A stretch of 64,000 nucleotides of DNA from a virus. The notes beneath the pieces are model-generated. The model was not told the origin of the DNA. It made no database searches and was given only the letters and a program-made list of their open reading frames with translations. Positions 59,801 to 64,000 of the stretch are shown one piece after another. Position 1 is the stretch's first letter. Each line of letters starts with the position of its first letter. Both the position numbers and the translations under genes were made by a program. The stretch is taken from the IMG/VR virus record IMGVR_UViG_3300032236_000656, positions 1-64,000 of that record. One strand, written 5' to 3'.

Positions 59801-61020
59801 ATATTGCTCAATGAAACTGTGTCAAATACCTGAGTTCGCAATTTTGAAAGTTTGAAGTTAGTTGGATATGTTATTAAATCAAATACACTAGCATCAGCAG
59901 GCGTTGGGTTTTTGACTACTTCAATTTGTTTTTGTAAATTGAATACGTCAAATGTTACAGCATCGTTTCTATTTGGATTCTTAACAACTTCAATACGTTT
60001 TTGTATATTTGAAACAATGCTATTTGCTCTATTAGGTGCAATTGTTAAACCTAACGCAGCAGGAGATATATCAAAGTTTGGCTGATATGAAGTAGCAGTT
60101 GACCCCGATTCTAATTGTGGCGCTGATATTAATGTAGTCCCAAACCCACTTGCAATTGTCCACACAGGATATACCGTCACATTGGCAGTATTTGATGCTG
60201 TAGTAAATGTTCCAGTTATACGTTGCCATCTAAGATCAGCAAATGTAATGCTACCACTTACCGTGCCACTATTATTAGTACTTAACGCTATATTAGCAGT
60301 AGAAGGAGTTACACCAATAACTGTTGTTCCAGTTGTGACACCAGTAGCAGCAGTAACAGTCATGCCAACATAGATGCCGGCAGCATTGCCAACAGTAACA
60401 TAAGGTATACCACTTGTACCTGTTGCTGTAGTAATAACTGCAACATTAATATTCCCATAATAACTTGTTGGCGCAATTAAATTTGAACTATTAGTATTAT
60501 CATATACACCAAATGTAGCAGCAGTAGCAGTTCCAATTTTAGCATAAAAACTAAATGTATATTGTGTACTACGAGATACTGAAATTGATTGACCTAATGC
60601 TTGCGTGGCAGAACTACTAGTAACAGTATTATTACCAAAAGCATTATAGAAATTGTATGTACCAGACCCAGTTGATGTAAAATTTTTACTAACTGTTATA
60701 GTTGTACTATTAATAGCAGTAACATAAGTGCCTGCTGGCAATCCAGTGCCGCTTATAGGTTGATTAATTGCTATACCTGTAGTTGATGTAACAGTAAAGG
60801 TATTTGTTCCTGTTGTGCCGCCTGTTAATAATGATTGCGATGCCACAGGAGTAATAGTAACATTTGTTTTAGACCAAGCAGCGTTACTTAAGTCCTGCGT
60901 GAATGTCAGTAAGTTTTTATATGTAGCACCTTGCACTGCTGCTGAATCAAACCCGGCAAAGTTAGTCAAATACTGTGTACTTGTACTAGAACCTGGTGCG
61001 GGAAAGATAGTGCTTGGCAT
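53836..61020 (-). CDS. Giant (2394 aa) modular tail fibre/adhesin with three LamG/ConA-like and two Gly-rich domains
   Basis: DFTVECWVY..WYHIAAVR..GYISNLRVVKG (three copies), Gly-rich blocks, repeated scaffold; TAAATA at 61026-61031. Confidence 0.8.
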   Translation of the reverse strand: MPSTIFPAPGSSTSTQYLTNFAGFDSAAVQGATYKNLLTFTQDLSNAAWSKTNVTITPVASQSLLTGGTTGTNTFTVTSTTGIAINQPISGTGLPAGTYVTAINSTTITVSKNFTSTGSGTYNFYNAFGNNTVTSSSATQALGQSISVSRSTQYTFSFYAKIGTATAATFGVYDNTNSSNLIAPTSYYGNINVAVITTATGTSGIPYVTVGNAAGIYVGMTVTAATGVTTGTTVIGVTPSTANIALSTNNSGTVSGSITFADLRWQRITGTFTTASNTANVTVYPVWTIASGFGTTLISAPQLESGSTATSYQPNFDISPAALGLTIAPNRANSIVSNIQKRIEVVKNPNRNDAVTFDVFNLQKQIEVVKNPTPADASVFDLITYPTNFKLSKLRTQVFDTVSLSNIQKQLHVVKNPTPRDATVYDVNNLQKQLVIVKNPNSNDNILFDVTYPSKFKTISINPTPRDNVVYNVTNLQKQLHVVKNPTPRDNILYDVNNLQKQLHIVKNPTPRDDIVLDVNNILKLKVPYTNTQIFETVKSSNLQKQFEIVKLPVNIDVNYRLSDFNSSYWTYPANTNLVAVGTNSPRLFNNTAVTYQTISGSNTVLNIFNPSSNINYITNGLTYYGTFNGSSQYLTVPANIGFAFGTGDFTVECWVYITTAATSAAFVGPWTGTAATSAWVFTQGATAATNLRFGISDGSTTTFVESNGGLGNTNTWYHIAAVRSNGTIRLYSNGSQVYSSGLAQNISVSSQALQIDGINGLTFLTTGYISNLRVVKGVAVYTGNFTPLGPLSTKQTARLNVAALGGTETVLLTLQNSTIIDNSTANSGSGFTITNTGAVTTTLSGAALGTVPFVNDYVLITDTVTNNQALAQIVSISSASVSPAGQSVAIYPNVTTGSSIVNTGTGTFTWTAPTGVTSVSAVAIGGAGGAGISGTAGGGGGLGWKNNITVVPGQTYSVVTGGGGVFGSASAGTSYFINATTVAGRGGGTASSLNSGNSGGTYVGDGGGNGGRGGYAGTYGAGGGGGAGGYAGNGGQGGGDGASGALSGNNGDANSGAGGGGGVQGGAGGGVGLLGIGTTGTGGAQGVAGVAGSGGSGTSYGGGAGGSTGSGVGGAVRIVWGQGRSYPSTLLADSADFPLITITVATTSVSNLNINNAWAYQLWGADLLPQSNLITNTSPKTARENLYYATLARGRYGRRFPFEMPTSIPGEDYKFDINNLQKRIEVVKTPVQIPNTYRLSNISTPWTYFNNPNRIAVGNSSPRVSGVSSVINKTTVSGNTTISSSITTNTLGTFPIVGDYVLVTDTVTNNQALASIVSTTSTNYISTGQQLYTPTGASGSFGSIVAPTPVNNQYTYTFTAPAGVTSVSAVAVGGGGGSCSGTSVTGGGGGGGLAWVNNITVVPGNTYTVVVGGGGPVQNGAANASPGGDSYFINNTTVFGGGGGGGILNTGTAAGGTFTASNAYGTFGGGSGGTGGTASGGIGSGGGGGAGGYNGAGGNGGNGAYSTGTVTAGAASTGGGGGGGAGGGTNPAGAAPYGSGGGGGGVGVAPASITNGTGGAVATGTTYPANGGGGVGGSGGTASVTVPNGTHSGGSGGTYGGGAGSTDNQGGAGSPGTAGVGAVRIMWGTGRSFPSTLATDQTIVTSTQISITLASSDISNLNTANSWTYQIWEPDLYAQSNVLTNLSPQNARENLYYTTLARGRYGRRFPFESPVTINDNRAVTSITKFKEPATKNQTFDTPAADKLSIIDGTYWYDNTNKTVYDIIVGQASPKPAILYPTPVSQITSGTNTLLSFNNAVSNVNYMTLGPTYYGVFNANRLTIPSSLAFDLSSGTWTIEFWFYTLTNVTAGNQCRILLFGTNGTANSFYVALNPGGTISAYVPNGSPPGVTSATSAITTNIWYHVAVVCTAGTASIYINGTLSGGPTAITLPTASAVTLAIGYDTAANVNYQLNGYVSNLRIVKGVAAYTGNFTPQGPLSITQNTRTNVLALTGSETSLLTLQNSTFIDNAFYYLITYMNPSSPTYYGSFNGSSQYLYAPNAAGVAGYANDFTLEFWMYPTSFTGAPFGLTGQYRLANGRSWLITVGADGYIQVSNSILASGSYAGAASLNTWTHVAWVRSGSTWYLYINGYQQSNPAANGTPPASTENIIIGANGDSASPVWNFPGYISNFRIVKGQALYTQNFTPSGPLTTTSQGASASNVSLLTLQDATIIDKSINTFPITNTTSVTTTYNTPNNIITNVGTVTTTASTSVAGNVPPKVNDYLLLTDSITNNQALAPINSTIVSTTTSFIVSLASTYLTNLNINNIWTATLWDPEVIPQSLIRTNMPPTNTRENLYYATLLNGSSLIGSTNEPLYFDATQGIVTKFQTAALGKGVIDVAAKTVAPIQFWN
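59360..60010 (-). repeat. ~23-aa coding repeat (NLQKQLHVVKNPTPRDxxxYDV), about 8 copies
   Basis: Visible in the translation and in DNA (gggtttttaacaacatgaagttgttt recurs). Confidence 0.8.
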
Positions 61021-61034
61021 ATGAATATTTACCT

Positions 61035-61066
61035 AAAAAAATGGCTACTGGTTAAAGTAGCCATTT
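61035..61066 (-). terminator. Rho-independent terminator between the two large structural genes
   Basis: On the minus strand: aaatggctact-ttaacc-agtagccattt-tttt. Confidence 0.75.
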
Positions 61067-61084
61067 CATTAGTTTTCTTTTCAA

Positions 61085-64000
61085 TTAAGCAGGGAACGCA
61101 TAACGGAAGTTGTTAACAAATAGACCGTTGGTGCTAGATGCCTGAATAGTATTATCTTCTAAACTTCTCCAAGACTGAGTAATCTGACCAGTGTTTGTTG
61201 TTAGTGTAAAGCGTGTAGTCTGAACTGGTATCTGACCTGGGTTAGTAGTAGTTAAAGTAATTGCTGGAGGAGTAGTAGTTACCCAGTGATCAGCAGCAGC
61301 AGAAGCTGTGTTATAGAAGAAGTTGCTGTCAACAGTAATTGATACAGTATCCATTAATGTTCCTAAACCACTCGGAAGAACCTTCAATCCAAACAAACGT
61401 CCTCTAACGTCTGGATCGTATGCTGGACCAAGTACTACCACTGGGCTAAACATAAAGCGTTTTGCATTGTAGATGTTAGTGTACACTGGAACAATCTGAC
61501 CCATATGAATTTGAGGAAGGGCATTGATAACAGAAGTAAACAAGTTGGAAGTAGTAGTAATAGAACCACCAACTGATGCGTTGCTGTAAACACCATGTGA
61601 ACCAAATTCAACTACGTGACCCCAACGTCCTGTTGTAATTGTTAATGCTGAGTAAATGTGAGCATTGAAACCTACAAGATCTGAAACTGAGTTACGTACT
61701 CTTGGAACAGAAATAACACAACCATGCACTGGATAGTTAGCAACACCAGCCTGAGGAAGTGTTGGAATCTGTTGAGCACCAGTTGGTAGTCTGTTTCCGT
61801 TAAAATAACCATAACATGGCCAAGGAGCAACACCAGGAGTGCTCTGAATTACGTTCTGACCAAAACCTGGAGTTGAGACTGGTGGGAACGTACCTTGTGA
61901 TAACTGAGAACCACCATAAGTACCACCAAAAGTAATACCTGAAGCTGTACCAGTACCTGTGCCAAGATCTTCTGGCTGCGCACGTTCAAATTCTAAACAA
62001 CCTTGTAATTGTGTCTGAATGTTTGAAGAAGTTCTGCCTTGAATAGCAAGATAACGCTTATTGGCAAAAAGATATAAGAAGCCACCACTTACTTGTGACA
62101 TTGCTGTAATATCACTTACACCATATAGTGAAGCAACATATGGGAAAGGACCAGTAATAGTTGAGGAACCCATAGTATAAGTTGATGCTGCTAAACCAGC
62201 AGTACCTGATGCTAATGCAGTCAGTACGTTAGGATAACCAGTCGATAGACCTTGTATACCCATACCAACTTGTAGTGAACCTGCTACTGGCTGTGTAAGT
62301 GTCATTGTAGTTGTACCGTTACCAGTACCCCAAATCATTGTGCCGCCACTCAAATCTGCTTGGTTGATGCCAACACCATGTGTTTGTGCATAACTTGCTG
62401 ACCAACGCTCATATACTGGAGTAGCATATGCACCAAAAGCAGTACCGATAGTAGCAGTACCAGTTGGAGTTACGTTGGTGCTTTGGAATAGTGGCCAGAA
62501 GCGGAAAGCAACATACTTACGATCATTTGAAGTGTTTAATAATGTAGTTGAACCCTGTTCTGCGCTGTAGTTCGGAGCACTGTAAACATATTCAATGAAG
62601 TCAGCACCAGTTGACGGATAAGCAATCTGTGGAGGATTAGCAGCCTGAACAAACAGGTTGTTCTTAAGTGGAGTTGCTAATGTAATAGTAGTAGTACCTG
62701 CTGTAGTATATGTATAAAGAGGTACACTTCTATAAATTGGACTTGCAACAGAAACAGTGGCAGTCTGCGATACAGTAAGTGAAGTATCTGAAGCAATAGC
62801 AGTAACAGTTAGATACTGTCCTGCTAGAATAATTTCAGCACCGACGTGTAATGATGAAGTAAAGTTAGTACCAACACCAGTAACAGTAGAAGTAGCACAA
62901 GTTGCTTGTCCTGCTAGTACTAATGGAGGACCACCGCCGCCACTAATCTTAACAAACTGATAAGGACCAACAACAGAAGAAGCAGCAGTAACAGTAATTG
63001 AAGTAGTGCCAACTGGATAGTTAGTACCAGTACCACCTGCTAATGTTGTAGCCTGTGACCATTTAAATAGACCAGTAGTAGTTGATGTGCCGCCTTCACG
63101 AGTACCTTCAAGTACGTATCCATGTAACTTTAACTTCTTGTAAAAAACAGATCCATTATAGAAGTTATAAGTGCCGCTTGCCTGAATGATGAAAGCATTA
63201 CTTACAGTGATAGTAGTTGAACTTACTGCGGTAACATATGTTTCTGGACGTAGACCAACACCAGTAATTAACTGACCGACAGAAATATTAGAAGCACTGC
63301 TGACTACGAAAGTAGTAGCACCAGGAGCACCACCGCTTGAGTAAGTTGGACTTGCAGTAGCAGCAGCACCTGAGTTAGCAGCAGTTGTATGTGTAAAGTC
63401 ATAGTTAACTTTAAACTGAGAGTCTGATACAATTTGTGTCACAGTTACTTCAGTACCGTCAATTATTAGATCGTCGCCAATACGTAAATCACTTGTAAAC
63501 GCAGTAACAGCAGTAGAAGTACCTCTGTTCAATGTGCCGTTGATATATGAATCTTCACGTTTAAAGCTTGCCAAATATACTGGTTGACGTAATACACCAA
63601 CCGCAGTACCTAATGTACCAAGAGAGTTAACATAATCAGTTACATAAGCGTTTAATGTATTACCTATACCAGTAATAGTACCACCAAAGCTGTTAAAGTT
63701 AAAAGTTCTAACTTCGTCGTTTACCCATACTTGATCTAACAAACTTGTTTGATACATGTATGGAGTACTTGTTGCTGCGTTAGTATTGTAATAACCTAGA
63801 TCCCAGAAGAAGTTAGTGTTAGTTCCTTGAATACTACCAACAGTTAATGTAGCAGCAGATATTGAAGCAGTAGTGGCCTGGTTAAATGTATAACGACCAG
63901 CAGCGCCTGGAGTAGCAAAGTACACTGTGCCCGACACTGTACCAGTTAAGTTCTGACTTAGTGTAATTGTAAAGTTTGGTGATGTGCCAGTGATACCAAC
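61085..64000 (-). CDS. Large virion structural/tail-associated protein (5' truncated by window)
   Basis: Frame is open to position 64000; Thr/Gly/Ser-rich beta repeats shared with the N-terminus of the downstream giant gene. Confidence 0.75.
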   Translation of the reverse strand, partial: VGITGTSPNFTITLSQNLTGTVSGTVYFATPGAAGRYTFNQATTASISAATLTVGSIQGTNTNFFWDLGYYNTNAATSTPYMYQTSLLDQVWVNDEVRTFNFNSFGGTITGIGNTLNAYVTDYVNSLGTLGTAVGVLRQPVYLASFKREDSYINGTLNRGTSTAVTAFTSDLRIGDDLIIDGTEVTVTQIVSDSQFKVNYDFTHTTAANSGAAATASPTYSSGGAPGATTFVVSSASNISVGQLITGVGLRPETYVTAVSSTTITVSNAFIIQASGTYNFYNGSVFYKKLKLHGYVLEGTREGGTSTTTGLFKWSQATTLAGGTGTNYPVGTTSITVTAASSVVGPYQFVKISGGGGPPLVLAGQATCATSTVTGVGTNFTSSLHVGAEIILAGQYLTVTAIASDTSLTVSQTATVSVASPIYRSVPLYTYTTAGTTTITLATPLKNNLFVQAANPPQIAYPSTGADFIEYVYSAPNYSAEQGSTTLLNTSNDRKYVAFRFWPLFQSTNVTPTGTATIGTAFGAYATPVYERWSASYAQTHGVGINQADLSGGTMIWGTGNGTTTMTLTQPVAGSLQVGMGIQGLSTGYPNVLTALASGTAGLAASTYTMGSSTITGPFPYVASLYGVSDITAMSQVSGGFLYLFANKRYLAIQGRTSSNIQTQLQGCLEFERAQPEDLGTGTGTASGITFGGTYGGSQLSQGTFPPVSTPGFGQNVIQSTPGVAPWPCYGYFNGNRLPTGAQQIPTLPQAGVANYPVHGCVISVPRVRNSVSDLVGFNAHIYSALTITTGRWGHVVEFGSHGVYSNASVGGSITTTSNLFTSVINALPQIHMGQIVPVYTNIYNAKRFMFSPVVVLGPAYDPDVRGRLFGLKVLPSGLGTLMDTVSITVDSNFFYNTASAAADHWVTTTPPAITLTTTNPGQIPVQTTRFTLTTNTGQITQSWRSLEDNTIQASSTNGLFVNNFRYAFPA

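Noticed and set aside
53836-64000. Diversity-generating retroelement targeting the adhesins
   Set aside because: No reverse transcriptase and no template/variable repeat pair differing only at adenines in the window.
1-64000. Stop-codon reassignment, as in some jumbo phages
   Set aside because: Genes are full length and densely packed under code 11; TAA, TAG and TGA all end recognisable genes.

Overview
This 64 kb, AT-rich window comes from a large T4-like or jumbo dsDNA phage using the standard genetic code. It has T4-style late promoters (TAAATA) and sigma70-type TTGACA/TTGACT promoters. From left to right it contains: (1) tail fibre and baseplate genes; (2) MazG, a DnaE fragment, GroES, clamp loader and PhoH; (3) spanins and holin, DnaJ and ClpA; (4) a late-promoter block (20-28.5 kb) of proteins that share an N-terminal 'MRxxE..xxE' tag and are punctuated by hydrophobic-X-E sites, read here as protease-processed internal-head polyproteins carrying a ligase-like enzyme, an HxGH nucleotidyltransferase, a HAD phosphatase and a free sigma70 region 4; (5) DsbA, family-B DNA polymerase and sliding clamp; (6) a 7-deazaguanine DNA-modification cluster (TGT/DpdA-like, FolE, QueD, QueE, DpdL-like, no QueC in view), interleaved with sugar redox enzymes, a glycosyltransferase, an APS-kinase fusion, a sulfotransferase, a PD-(D/E)xK-like nuclease and an autotransporter-like protein; (7) RNase H, tRNA-Gly(TCC), a GIY-YIG protein and a MoxR-like AAA ATPase; (8) two very large minus-strand adhesin/tail-fibre genes. 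All family assignments come from motifs recognised by eye, not from database searches.
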